Virus record (IMG/VR): IMGVR_UViG_3300030329_003652 | Location: 1 to 62,818 of that record | Source: a virus | Lineage: Duplodnaviria; Caudoviricetes | Reading direction: 5' to 3' (one strand) | DNA length: 62,818 bases | Part shown: piece by piece, positions 20,624 to 29,961 of the stretch | Layout: every line of letters starts with the position of its first letter | Position numbering within the stretch: the stretch's first letter is position 1 | Notes under the pieces: generated by a model | What the model was told of the DNA's origin: nothing | Databases searched by the model: none | What the model saw: only the letters and a program-made list of their open reading frames with translations | Position numbers and translations under genes: made by a program

Positions 20624-21025
20624 ATGATAAAGGATTCAGAAGGAAATATTATAGGAAAAGGAGAGTATTCTGTTTTTGAGATGCTTGTAACTCTATTTCC
20701 AGATAAAGAATTAAAAACTCAGGTGAAATTCATAGATTTATTAACAGAAGAATGGGCTGACACTGTATCAGAAAGACAGGAGAAAGAAACAATAGATATT
20801 GTAGTGTATACTGATCCAATTTTGGCAATTAGGGTGCAAGATCCACATCATAGTGGAAGAATTACTGCACAGAGAGATTTAGTACAGAAAAAAACATTAG
20901 AATGGAACGGACTTAGAGTAATAGACATTCAACATTATAATTGTCCAAATATAATGAAAGAGAATTCAAATAAAGATGCTATGAGAGAATTGCTTGAAGC
21001 ATTAAATCATGAGGGTATACATTGA
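20624..21025 (+). CDS. restriction-endonuclease-like (Vsr/DUF559-type) protein
   Basis: GE...IDIVV..AIRVQD.HH..RD..Q...L...G.RVI pattern. Confidence 0.5.
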   Translation: MIKDSEGNIIGKGEYSVFEMLVTLFPDKELKTQVKFIDLLTEEWADTVSERQEKETIDIVVYTDPILAIRVQDPHHSGRITAQRDLVQKKTLEWNGLRVIDIQHYNCPNIMKENSNKDAMRELLEALNHEGIH

Positions 21026-21207
21026 GCTGTAAAAATATTTGTCATAAATATAAAGGAAAATTTAGGTATAAAGACGGTAGTAGATACTGTGGTAATTGTC
21101 AAATTTTTCTCGTATGTGATGGTATAAAATGTCCTTGTTGTCATTGGCAATTAAGGGGTAAAAGAAGAAGTCGTTTTGGTAAAGATAGACCTAAAATTTT
21201 AAACTAA
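21022..21207 (+). CDS. CPCC zinc-finger family, copy 2
   Basis: CKNIC...YCGNC...CPCCHWQLR. Confidence 0.7.
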   Translation: MSCKNICHKYKGKFRYKDGSRYCGNCQIFLVCDGIKCPCCHWQLRGKRRSRFGKDRPKILN

Positions 21208-21425
21208 CCATACATATTATGAGTTTCCTTATCTTCACTTTCTTCTACTTTGTTTAAAACTCTATATTTCTCTTGATTTATTTTTTCTTTCACTAAGTAG
21301 AGAGAAAAATCAAGCTCTATGAAATTCATCTTGTCTTGAATACCTTCGTCTATTATTTTTTCCATTTTATCTGATACGGTCTTTATTTTATCCCAATCAG
21401 GTTTAAATGATTCTTCTTCGGACAT
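21204..21425 (-). CDS. hypothetical protein
   Basis: ORF with plausible composition. Confidence 0.55.
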   Translation of the reverse strand: MSEEESFKPDWDKIKTVSDKMEKIIDEGIQDKMNFIELDFSLYLVKEKINQEKYRVLNKVEESEDKETHNMYG

Positions 21426-21445
21426 ATTATAATTCAGTTATATAT

Positions 21446-21697
21446 CTATTTAAACTTATGCCTTATTGTTGCTATAATGCCTAATGTAACTGCTATGATT
21501 GGTATCATTTCTAATAAATCTACCCCATATAATAAAAAGTCTAAGATAATATGCTTACCAAATAAAAAGGTATTATTATGGTCTCCAAAAAAGCACTCTG
21601 CTGCAGTTATAGTGTGAGGAATTTGAAGGTATAATATGATAGCCGTGACTAGCATACTTTCTGTTATATGCCTTTCATACCAATCTAGGAAGCCCAT
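21446..21697 (-). CDS. small two-TM membrane protein
   Basis: Two hydrophobic segments. Confidence 0.6.
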   Translation of the reverse strand: MGFLDWYERHITESMLVTAIILYLQIPHTITAAECFFGDHNNTFLFGKHIILDFLLYGVDLLEMIPIIAVTLGIIATIRHKFK

Positions 21698-21750
21698 AAA
21701 TAATAAAATTAATATGTGTTATTAAATATATCTAAAATTAGGAGAGAAAA

Positions 21751-21990
21751 ATGGTTACAATGGACTTAAGGATAAATGGATATGATGATGATAATAGGGG
21801 CATATTCTATGAAGAAACTGGAAGAATAATAGTATATCTAAAAAACCATGAAACGTTAGATGATATTATGTCAACTATTCAACATGAGTTTGTTCATAAA
21901 TGTATTGCAGATTTTGATGAAACATTGGATGATGACCAAGAAGAAAAATTAATTTATCAAATGGCATGGGCTGAAGATTCTTTAGCTTGA
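21751..21990 (+). CDS. minimal HExxH zincin-like protein
   Basis: GIFY...IIVYL...TIQHEFVH...EE. Confidence 0.55.
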   Translation: MVTMDLRINGYDDDNRGIFYEETGRIIVYLKNHETLDDIMSTIQHEFVHKCIADFDETLDDDQEEKLIYQMAWAEDSLA

Positions 21991-22284
21991 ATTTTCAATA
22001 TAAGTTAGTACTTCTTCACCAGTAGAAACTATTACTGGTATTTTTTTGTATAATTGTGTTTCATATCTGTCTAATCTTTCTAAGTCTAATGCACTAACAT
22101 CAAAAATCTTACCTTCAACTTTTTTTGACATATTTCTTCTTATTGTAGGATAAATATAGAAATGACTATGTGGTATTTTTTCATAACCTAATAAAACTGT
22201 TGATTTTCCATCTATAAACCTTCCAAGTACTTTTTCTCTAATATCATCATCTAATAGAGAACCATAAGTGAATATTTTAGTCAT
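21982..22284 (-). CDS. gamma-glutamylcyclotransferase (AIG2/GGCT-like)
   Basis: IFTYGSL, YP, VEGKIF, LDRYE...Y motifs. Confidence 0.9.
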   Translation of the reverse strand: MTKIFTYGSLLDDDIREKVLGRFIDGKSTVLLGYEKIPHSHFYIYPTIRRNMSKKVEGKIFDVSALDLERLDRYETQLYKKIPVIVSTGEEVLTYIENSS

Positions 22285-22442
22285 TTTTAACCCTTTCTGA
22301 TACTATTTGATGACATCTTTCACATAAGTCTAATTTATCGAATTTTTTAACATTTTCTTCTGATAAACAGATATGACAAATCATATTGAATGTTATATAC
22401 AACCTAATTTAAGGATTTCGCTTAAAAAAAACCCTATTTTTG

Positions 22443-22492
22443 AAAAAAAGTTGTGTACAGATTTTATGGGCAATAGCCCACACACATACAAC
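22443..22492 (-). terminator. hairpin plus U7 terminator after the vWA gene
   Basis: Minus strand GUUGU-AUGUGU-GUGGGC-UAUU-GCCCAU-AAAAUCUGUAC-ACAAC-UUUUUUU. Confidence 0.65.
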
Positions 22493-22515
22493 GTGAGATA
22501 CGGATTGTAATGATA

Positions 22516-24348
22516 CTATCTTTTCATTACTCTAATAATTTCTTTCTTGAGTGTACCAGTAACATATTTACTGACATCTCTCATAGTTCTACATCTTGTA
22601 TATCTCTTGAACATTTCTTGCATTGTCCAATCTCCATACACATCACCGACACCAACCACTGCTATGTTAGGTGTGACCTTTAATGATTTTTTATAAGATT
22701 TGATTGTTTCTTTTGCAGTTACATCTCTTCTTATTCTTACACCATTCTTCTTGTAGTTTGGGAAGCCATCAGTGATAACAATCAATAGTTTCCTACGACC
22801 TTTCATCTTTGATAATTCTTGAGAACCCATCTCAATACCAAAGTGTGTTGGGGTATATCCACCATCTTGTTTGTCGAGATACTTTATATCTTCCATGTTA
22901 TTGTATCTCTGTATTCTCATGTTTCCTTTTCTGTCAGATGACCATGTGATACATTTTATGTCTATGTTGTTTGTTCCCTTTGTAGCTTCCCACAAAGTTG
23001 CAACAAGTTGTTTGACAATATCATTATGTCTAACCATACTTCCAGAAGCATCAACACTTAAACATATTGACAATCCATTATCGGCTACATCTTTTACAAA
23101 AGATTCACCATAACCATTAGCCTTCATGTTTATGTATCCTTCTATGTCTACCTCACTTCCCTCTTCAGCCAGTTGTCGTTTAGTCCTCTCTTTAAACATA
23201 CGAAGTATGTGTGAGATTTCTTTAACAACTCTCTGGTCAATCATTGGTGCTCTTGCAGAGTCGTCACGTTTAATAGGTTTCTCTCTTACAAAAACTGGGG
23301 CTACTGGTATTGCATCAGAACCTTGCATGTCCTCTCTTATTGCAGAAACTTTTGCATTTGCTCTGTCTTCTGAATCTGCCAATTCAGCTTCGTAACCTTT
23401 AACATCATCAGGGTTTGCACCGAGTTCTAAATCAGTGTAGTCCTTGACATCTTTAAGTCTCTCAGCATCTCTTGCACTACCATGTCCATCTTCTTGTAGA
23501 AAGTTATCATTCCTATTAACATCTCTGAATGTTTCCTTTCTGATTTCTCTATCAGTTTGGTAAACTTCTTCTTTGGCTTCAGCATGTTTCTTAAGTTTCT
23601 CTGCTCTTTGCTCAGCAGTAGAATTCCTATCAGATAGGTATTCATCATTCAATGCTTTGCATTTCTTCATTGCTTCATCACGTTGCTTCATTTTCTTAAG
23701 AGTTTCATCTATCTTCTCATCAAGATATGGTTTTATTTTTCTCAACACAACCATTGTTGCTTTAATATCCTTATGCTCTACGTCATGAAGATATTTTGAG
23801 AGAAAACCATACTTTGATTTCTCAACATAATCAGTTCTAAAGAATCTTTCAGCTAGTAGTACCAATGATGGGTGGTCAATATAATCTAGTTCTTTACCCA
23901 AATTCTTTCTCACTTTGATAAAGTCTCGGACATTACCTAGATATATTCTACCCCACAATGATTCTATTCTTTGGTCTTCAATAACATTCATTGCTTCTTG
24001 GTATATCTTATATGCTATCTCGTAATCCTTGTCCTTTTGTCCAACATCTGACCATTTCAATGCCCATCGCTCCAATGTTTTCATTGCTCTGTCATCAAAA
24101 GAGTCAAAGAGAATATGTGCCAGCTCGTGGTTTATGGCAGAGTTGCCATCTATACCTTTGAGTTTTGGCTTGGATTTCTCTATCGTGAATCCTTTCTTAG
24201 TCTTCCAACATATATTCACACCCTTTCTGTATTCAACAGTAATAGGTACGTTCTTTAGTTGGCTTACTATACCTGCTTTCTTTCTGTCATAATCCTGTTC
24301 CGACAAGTAGTCGGTAGTGTCAAGACTTACGTCATTGAACTTTACCAT
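22516..24348 (-). CDS. vWA-domain partner of MoxR ATPase (CobT/NorD-like)
   Basis: HELAH..IEDQRIE N-domain; MIDAS DASGSM, TP, ITDG. Confidence 0.85.
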   Translation of the reverse strand: MVKFNDVSLDTTDYLSEQDYDRKKAGIVSQLKNVPITVEYRKGVNICWKTKKGFTIEKSKPKLKGIDGNSAINHELAHILFDSFDDRAMKTLERWALKWSDVGQKDKDYEIAYKIYQEAMNVIEDQRIESLWGRIYLGNVRDFIKVRKNLGKELDYIDHPSLVLLAERFFRTDYVEKSKYGFLSKYLHDVEHKDIKATMVVLRKIKPYLDEKIDETLKKMKQRDEAMKKCKALNDEYLSDRNSTAEQRAEKLKKHAEAKEEVYQTDREIRKETFRDVNRNDNFLQEDGHGSARDAERLKDVKDYTDLELGANPDDVKGYEAELADSEDRANAKVSAIREDMQGSDAIPVAPVFVREKPIKRDDSARAPMIDQRVVKEISHILRMFKERTKRQLAEEGSEVDIEGYINMKANGYGESFVKDVADNGLSICLSVDASGSMVRHNDIVKQLVATLWEATKGTNNIDIKCITWSSDRKGNMRIQRYNNMEDIKYLDKQDGGYTPTHFGIEMGSQELSKMKGRRKLLIVITDGFPNYKKNGVRIRRDVTAKETIKSYKKSLKVTPNIAVVGVGDVYGDWTMQEMFKRYTRCRTMRDVSKYVTGTLKKEIIRVMKR

Positions 24349-25281
24349 CTACATTGTCACCCCAAATATCTCGTTGATTTGTTTCTTAACCAACTCTCGT
24401 TGTGCAGGTTCACTAAACTTTGATAGTACAGCATTTTTTATACTGCGTTCAAGAGGTTTGTTCAACTCGGACTGTGACCACATTCGGTAACAATCTGCGA
24501 ACTGTACCAAGTCTCTTGGTGACAAAGAGTAGTCAACATCTGAATTAATTCTCAGATTATGTATGTTCTGAGTTAATGTCAGCATTGGTTCTACAACAGT
24601 TTCCTGTGGTACACCATCCCATGAAACTATACGTTTCAAGTTGTCGCTGTTTGGGTATTCCCAAATTGCTCCAATGAATCTACTCTGTGCATCTTCTGTA
24701 AGTGTGTTCACACCTGCATAAGTACTGGGGTTCATAGTAGCGATTACAGATAACCTGCAATCTTCAGGCAAACTATACAGTTTACCGTTTGCAACAATAG
24801 CTTTCCTATCATCAGTGACAGGGTTTGTTGCCTTTTGCATCTCATGTGTCATGGCATTGAACTCGTCAAGATACAATACCCCTCTCTTGAATTTCCTTAC
24901 TACTTCAATAGCAGTAGGCAATACTCCAAGTTGGAAGTACGAACCAAATTCATTTATCTGTGGTCTTCCTATCAAGTCACCTATTCTTGTTCCTTCTGAA
25001 CAATTAAGTGAGATGATTGGAATGTTATGTTTCACACAGATGTTGTGAACAAGTTGTGTCTTTCCTAATCCTTTGTCACCTTCAATGAGATAGTTGCCAC
25101 CTTTTAAGATGACATGTTCAAGCTCATCTGCTTCATCAGTAAGTTGTACATAATCAACTCCCCACTTTCGAGGAAGATAATTATCGAAGTCAATTTCTGC
25201 AGTTGGAACTTTGTACACTCTAGGTGTATCAGTTTTTTCATTGGTCTTTATAGACTCAATGAATTCTTGTTTGTCAGTCAT
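24349..25281 (-). CDS. MoxR-family AAA+ ATPase (CobS/CbbQ-like)
   Basis: GDKGLGKT, LYLDEFN, ATMNP, SRF, SPRDL. Confidence 0.9.
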   Translation of the reverse strand: MTDKQEFIESIKTNEKTDTPRVYKVPTAEIDFDNYLPRKWGVDYVQLTDEADELEHVILKGGNYLIEGDKGLGKTQLVHNICVKHNIPIISLNCSEGTRIGDLIGRPQINEFGSYFQLGVLPTAIEVVRKFKRGVLYLDEFNAMTHEMQKATNPVTDDRKAIVANGKLYSLPEDCRLSVIATMNPSTYAGVNTLTEDAQSRFIGAIWEYPNSDNLKRIVSWDGVPQETVVEPMLTLTQNIHNLRINSDVDYSLSPRDLVQFADCYRMWSQSELNKPLERSIKNAVLSKFSEPAQRELVKKQINEIFGVTM

Positions 25282-25326
25282 TTTTCATCTCTCCTATCAT
25301 ATAAATATATGATTGTAATATGTAAT

Positions 25327-25512
25327 TCATCCGTAATCAGCCCCACATTCGTGACATACATAGTATTCATGGTAATCACCATCTTCATAGTAATCTCTTT
25401 GAACATACATAGGTACTTCACAATCGTGACACATACCTCTTCCATGTTCTTTACACCATTTGTCAACGTCATACTCTGTGTCTTTACCACAACCTTTTAC
25501 TTTACAAATCAT
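25327..25512 (-). CDS. small Cys-rich protein
   Basis: CKVKGC, CKEH, CHDC, CHEC. Confidence 0.55.
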   Translation of the reverse strand: MICKVKGCGKDTEYDVDKWCKEHGRGMCHDCEVPMYVQRDYYEDGDYHEYYVCHECGADYG

Positions 25513-25736
25513 CTTCTACCAAACCTTTTTCCTTTTCTGTGATGTACCTTTCCTTCTGGTGTTGACCACTGTTCATGAATCATTTCATATAGTTTCAAGT
25601 CATCAACCATATTGTTTTGATACTTCATGCAGTTTGTGTTAACACATTTGAAGAAACCATATGTTGTAGAAAGCTGACACTTATGATTACATTCAGGGCA
25701 TCTAGGTAATTGTACGTTCATTATGGTTCTTCCCAC
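25509..25736 (-). CDS. small zinc-ribbon protein
   Basis: CPEC...CVNTNC. Confidence 0.5.
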   Translation of the reverse strand: MGRTIMNVQLPRCPECNHKCQLSTTYGFFKCVNTNCMKYQNNMVDDLKLYEMIHEQWSTPEGKVHHRKGKRFGRR

Positions 25737-25966
25737 ATTGCTTTTGACAATGTTACTTCGTTGAATATGGCACGTATTAATTCCTTTACTTCCTCATCTT
25801 CCATATGTCTACACCTATGTTTTCTGACATGGTATATAGTTCTCATCATTTCATCTGCATTACCACCAGAAATGACAGAGTTTATAGCTAGGTGTACTAG
25901 CATCCTCTCTTTCTCATTAAGTTCCATATCCATCATCCCCTGTAAGGCATAGTTTACACTCATCAT
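25721..25966 (-). CDS. hypothetical protein
   Basis: Part of a tightly packed minus-strand run; true start may be a downstream ATG. Confidence 0.5.
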   Translation of the reverse strand: MMSVNYALQGMMDMELNEKERMLVHLAINSVISGGNADEMMRTIYHVRKHRCRHMEDEEVKELIRAIFNEVTLSKAMWEEP

Positions 25967-26273
25967 TGTACCAGATTTTAATATCTGATATGTACTTTGA
26001 CTGTGGTGTTGCTACCAATGGATACTCATACTTACCTACCTGCTTTTTACATGTAGCACATACCTTTGGTACTTGTGGTTTGTTTGGGTATTCTGCCCAT
26101 AAATCACTGTGGATTTTTATCTGTTGTGCCAAGTCCTCATTCTTTAAGAACTCTAGCTCTCTATCTTTCATCCTAGATTGTGGTATCCACATCCACTGCA
26201 TACGTCTAAGTTCTGCTTGGAACTTTCTACGCTGTCTATCTGAGATAGATATTCCTTCGTATTTTTTAGTCAT
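25917..26273 (-). CDS. hypothetical protein with CxxC pairs
   Basis: AGGAGGTG SD upstream; CATC and CKLC. Confidence 0.6.
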   Translation of the reverse strand: MTKKYEGISISDRQRRKFQAELRRMQWMWIPQSRMKDRELEFLKNEDLAQQIKIHSDLWAEYPNKPQVPKVCATCKKQVGKYEYPLVATPQSKYISDIKIWYNDECKLCLTGDDGYGT

Positions 26274-26275
26274 GT

Positions 26276-26503
26276 CTACATCACCTCCTCGTTATTAGAC
26301 ATTTTTACTGCGATTATATGATAACAATTCAAAGTGAATTGATAACCAACACAATCACATTCATACTCATCTGTACTCTTAGTGACTGTATGCATCTTGG
26401 TCTCATCAGAAGCTGATGGAAGAATCCAAGTGTTATCTTCAACTTGTGTTATCTTATCCAATACTTTTTCTGCTTTTCTTTCTTGTTGTTTACTCATTGG
26501 CAA
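26276..26503 (-). CDS. SWIM zinc-finger protein
   Basis: CDC...CYHIIAV. Confidence 0.75.
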   Translation of the reverse strand: MPMSKQQERKAEKVLDKITQVEDNTWILPSASDETKMHTVTKSTDEYECDCVGYQFTLNCYHIIAVKMSNNEEVM

Positions 26504-26804
26504 ACACTTCCTTTTCTACTTTTTGCATTTCTTCTGTCCATAATACATCACTGACAGGTTTATACAATTTTGATTGTTCATCGTCTCCAACTTTAACAAT
26601 CATTTTTCTCTCATTGAGATAAAAATTAAGACCTTCTGGTGTTAAAAATATCTCTGCTCTTGCACCTTCATATGCAACATTCCTATTGACTCCTATCTTT
26701 GGTACAGTCCAAACGACTAGACCTCCAAAAGAATCAACGTTCTTTATTGTTTGTTCTCTAAAACTCATGCTACCACCTCCTTTGTGTTTACAAGTTTTAT
26801 TCAT
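26490..26804 (-). CDS. hypothetical protein
   Basis: TATA before 26804; alternative SD-led start at 26768. Confidence 0.55.
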   Translation of the reverse strand: MNKTCKHKGGGSMSFREQTIKNVDSFGGLVVWTVPKIGVNRNVAYEGARAEIFLTPEGLNFYLNERKMIVKVGDDEQSKLYKPVSDVLWTEEMQKVEKEVFANE

Positions 26805-26857
26805 ACTATTATATGCACTCCGACATTTATAAATCTTAGCTCATTTTCTAAACGGTG

Positions 26858-27091
26858 TTATAATTTTTTTACAAATTCAACTGCATCTTCGTGTTGTGTT
26901 TTCCAATCACTTACACATCTTTCTTGATAGTCAAGCCATTCATCTGTTTTCTTATTAAGAATCATAGTTTCAAATGGATTACCATCATAACATGCTTCTG
27001 GTTGAATGAATACAGTACTTATCCAGTAGTCACCTACTGTTGTTTCTGCTTTTCTTAGTGACACAAATGAAATATGTTTTTCGTTGTTCAT
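26858..27091 (-). CDS. conserved-type phage hypothetical protein
   Basis: ISTVF...PFETMI...YQER...H motif common in phage early proteins. Confidence 0.6.
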   Translation of the reverse strand: MNNEKHISFVSLRKAETTVGDYWISTVFIQPEACYDGNPFETMILNKKTDEWLDYQERCVSDWKTQHEDAVEFVKKL

Positions 27092-27294
27092 TTTAATTCA
27101 TCCTCTAATTGTTTATCCCCATAAGGATATATTTCATTTTCACGATAGTATATCATCTCTTTATATTCATCATCAAATTTGTATGGTTTTTCTATAAAAT
27201 ATAATAGGTTTTCTATGTTAAAACCTTTAACTTCTACAAGAAAGTTTGCAAGAGATATAATATTACCATAGTCTTCTAACCATTCTGATTTCAT
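27088..27294 (-). CDS. hypothetical protein
   Basis: ATGA-coupled in the minus-strand run. Confidence 0.55.
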   Translation of the reverse strand: MKSEWLEDYGNIISLANFLVEVKGFNIENLLYFIEKPYKFDDEYKEMIYYRENEIYPYGDKQLEDELK

Positions 27295-27632
27295 TTTTTA
27301 ATTCTCTCCAAGAATTGTATGAATCTATCACCATATACTCTATCACCGATAGCATCTTCTGAATAGTGACCTAGACATGAGGTAGAAAAGCGTTTTTGTA
27401 AACCTGTTCCTTCTGTTTTTCTACGTCTTCCTTGCCTGACTTTACCTACACCTTTAGTATATGTACTGTCACTATATCGTGATACTTTAGTTGTCTTAAC
27501 AACACCACCATATAGTTCAATCCAGAATTGTCTTTCTTCTATTGCCTGTTGTTTGGTTTTGAAGCATATAATTTGTCCAGTACCTCTTCCTCCAACAGTT
27601 ACTTGCCACCAAGTATCTCTATCATATATCAT
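27291..27632 (-). CDS. hypothetical protein
   Basis: ATGA-coupled. Confidence 0.55.
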   Translation of the reverse strand: MIYDRDTWWQVTVGGRGTGQIICFKTKQQAIEERQFWIELYGGVVKTTKVSRYSDSTYTKGVGKVRQGRRRKTEGTGLQKRFSTSCLGHYSEDAIGDRVYGDRFIQFLERIKK

Positions 27633-27925
27633 TTCGATTCCTCCTCTGGTTTAAGTACACTGGAAAGACGGGTGTGTGGGCTGTGTTTTTCACATTCTAA
27701 CCATAGGTCATGTGATGCTAACTCATATAGAATATCCAAACGGACTTCAAGTTCAAACATTCTATCATAGATTAGTTTAAGATCATGTGCTCTAACTGGC
27801 ATTTTGTTCTCTTTCTCTAACCACCTTCGAATGGCACGTATTTCGTCATGAAGTCGTTGTTGAATTATTTCAACTGTTAAATGCCCATAGGGGTTTATAT
27901 CTCTTAATTCCTCTTTACTGGTCAT
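27629..27925 (-). CDS. hypothetical protein
   Basis: ATGA-coupled; AGGTGGTGA upstream. Confidence 0.55.
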   Translation of the reverse strand: MTSKEELRDINPYGHLTVEIIQQRLHDEIRAIRRWLEKENKMPVRAHDLKLIYDRMFELEVRLDILYELASHDLWLECEKHSPHTRLSSVLKPEEESK

Positions 27926-28113
27926 TGTTTGTCACCACCTAAGGTCTTCATTTCAAGTAAAAGGGTTAGACCTGCTTGTATTTTTATGACTTTTGCTGTC
28001 ATATCTTCGAGACTCATATCTTTATGATATTGAAGTGACTCTCCAATCTCATCTATACTGAATCTACATTCTCTCCATGTTCTTGACATAGAGTCATAGT
28101 TTATGTCTTCCAT
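27922..28113 (-). CDS. hypothetical protein
   Basis: GGAGGTGA SD upstream. Confidence 0.6.
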   Translation of the reverse strand: MEDINYDSMSRTWRECRFSIDEIGESLQYHKDMSLEDMTAKVIKIQAGLTLLLEMKTLGGDKQ

Positions 28114-28147
28114 ATAATCACCTCCATGTGTTATGAAATAACTGTAA

Positions 28148-28435
28148 TTAGCGTTCGCTACGCCTTTCTTTCACAATATCTATAACAGTTGCAATTACTG
28201 CTGAGTATTCTGCTACTGCTTCAATGTCATTAATGTTAAATTTCTCTACTGCAATGATTATATCAAGCATATCAATCTCTTCTATCGGTTTTGGATAGAA
28301 TAGGTTAGTCAATTTTCTTGATAAGCTGTAAGCATTTGGTACTTCAGGATTATCTTTTATTAAACCCAACTCTACCATTTCTTGATATATTACATGTAAT
28401 CTATCAGTAAGTTTTTCTTTCATTGTAATAACCAT
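28148..28435 (-). CDS. hypothetical protein
   Basis: GAGGT upstream. Confidence 0.55.
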   Translation of the reverse strand: MVITMKEKLTDRLHVIYQEMVELGLIKDNPEVPNAYSLSRKLTNLFYPKPIEEIDMLDIIIAVEKFNINDIEAVAEYSAVIATVIDIVKERRSER

Positions 28436-28622
28436 TTAACCTCGCCACGTATAATGTTTGCTCCAGTACGATACTTCGTAGCATCATGTCTCTCTTCATG
28501 ACGTTTCTTACGTTCAGTTAATAGGTCATCATCTAAAAAGAACTCTTGACCACATAGATTACATTTTGTTATAGTGTTCATCATAATATTAATTCTAATA
28601 TAGCATGCCTAACTCTCTTTAG

Positions 28623-28682
28623 AAAAAAGTCTCTACTCTGCCCCCCCTCGTGTACAACTGTTGAGGGGAAGTTAGTAGCAGA
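28623..28682 (-). terminator. GC-rich hairpin plus U6
   Basis: Minus strand CUACU..UUCCCCUC-loop-GAGGGGGG..AGUAG..UUUUUU. Confidence 0.55.
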
Positions 28683-28699
28683 GAGTTATACGTATGGGT

Positions 28700-28918
28700 T
28701 TAACCTTCCATAGCTAACGCTAGCTGTGGATTGTCTAACAATTCATACTTGTATGTATGTCTATCATGTTTAGGATACTGTGTCATACACTTGAATGTGT
28801 ATGGTATCCACCTACCACCAAACATATCATCAATGAATATTTTAATATCCATTAACACACGAAAGATTGGTGTTGGTGCGTGGAATGATAGCCATCGCAT
28901 TATAAATACGTTCATCAT
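28700..28918 (-). CDS. hypothetical protein
   Basis: ORF between two hairpins. Confidence 0.45.
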   Translation of the reverse strand: MMNVFIMRWLSFHAPTPIFRVLMDIKIFIDDMFGGRWIPYTFKCMTQYPKHDRHTYKYELLDNPQLALAMEG

Positions 28919-28996
28919 AATATTGTAGCATTGACAATTCTAAATTGTATTAAGTAGTTAGGTCATCTGCTTAGCCCTACTGCTACTGTTATCTGT

Positions 28997-29929
28997 CTAA
29001 CCTTTATTCAAATCAAAGAAGAGTTTAGTTTGTTCATCTAACTCATCTTGTCCTTCAGTCATCTGATTCTTTAGATGTCTTGCTTCATTCTCTGCGAAGT
29101 ATTCAACATCATAGATACTATAACCATAACTTAGATAGTCTAGTATCTCTTCATTACTAAAAGCATAGTCTCTCTTAATATCATAGAACAATGCTTTCTC
29201 TTCAGCTGTCATGCCTTCAAGTTCAGCATCTAAATCATCATTGACTTCTGTCTCTGATTTATATTGTATGCCACCTCTTCTATTAGTGGCACTAAAATAA
29301 CCACCACCAATAGATTGTTCAAAGTCATTGAATGACTTTGGTATGAAGTAATCATTACTACATGCATTACCTTCGTGGTTAATCCAACCACTACCATACT
29401 TCTTGATACCTTTGCTTGTTAGTATTGCAAGTTTGTTCCAACCTGTAACTACCTTAGCTAATTTACCAACACTACCCATTCTGCTAGCAAGGATAGCCAT
29501 TACCCTGCTGTCACTGTATGCACCAGTTGGTAGTTTGACTGGTTTCTTTGACTTCTCACAGTATTCTATGATAGTCTCTGCATAATCTGACCATGTTCCG
29601 TTATGGAATAGTAGGTCACACTTTAAGTTCTCACCCTTCAAGTCTAAAGGACTGTTGTCCTTAACTTGGAAAGGATGGCATAGTTCCTTCTGAACATCAC
29701 CAACACTTGCTATCCTAAAGTGAATGATAGCAGTGGTTATACCCTTAGGTTTAAGAGTCTTCTGAATGATACTGTAAATCTTCTTAGCCTTGATGCCTTT
29801 ATGGTAAGAACGTGTTCCGTTCTTGTTCAACCATGCGATTGAACCACCATGACTGTTGAGAGATTCAGCACTTTTCAGTGTCTCTAAGGTAGGGTACTTA
29901 CCATCTTCTGTGCAAATTATCACACACAT
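28997..29929 (-). CDS. class II (Ntn) glutamine amidotransferase
   Basis: Cys2 (MCVII), NSHG, HFRIAS, HPF, HNG, SDS; strong SD. Confidence 0.9.
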   Translation of the reverse strand: MCVIICTEDGKYPTLETLKSAESLNSHGGSIAWLNKNGTRSYHKGIKAKKIYSIIQKTLKPKGITTAIIHFRIASVGDVQKELCHPFQVKDNSPLDLKGENLKCDLLFHNGTWSDYAETIIEYCEKSKKPVKLPTGAYSDSRVMAILASRMGSVGKLAKVVTGWNKLAILTSKGIKKYGSGWINHEGNACSNDYFIPKSFNDFEQSIGGGYFSATNRRGGIQYKSETEVNDDLDAELEGMTAEEKALFYDIKRDYAFSNEEILDYLSYGYSIYDVEYFAENEARHLKNQMTEGQDELDEQTKLFFDLNKG

Positions 29930-29961
29930 GATACCACCTCCTTTGTAGTTGTATGTTTTAT

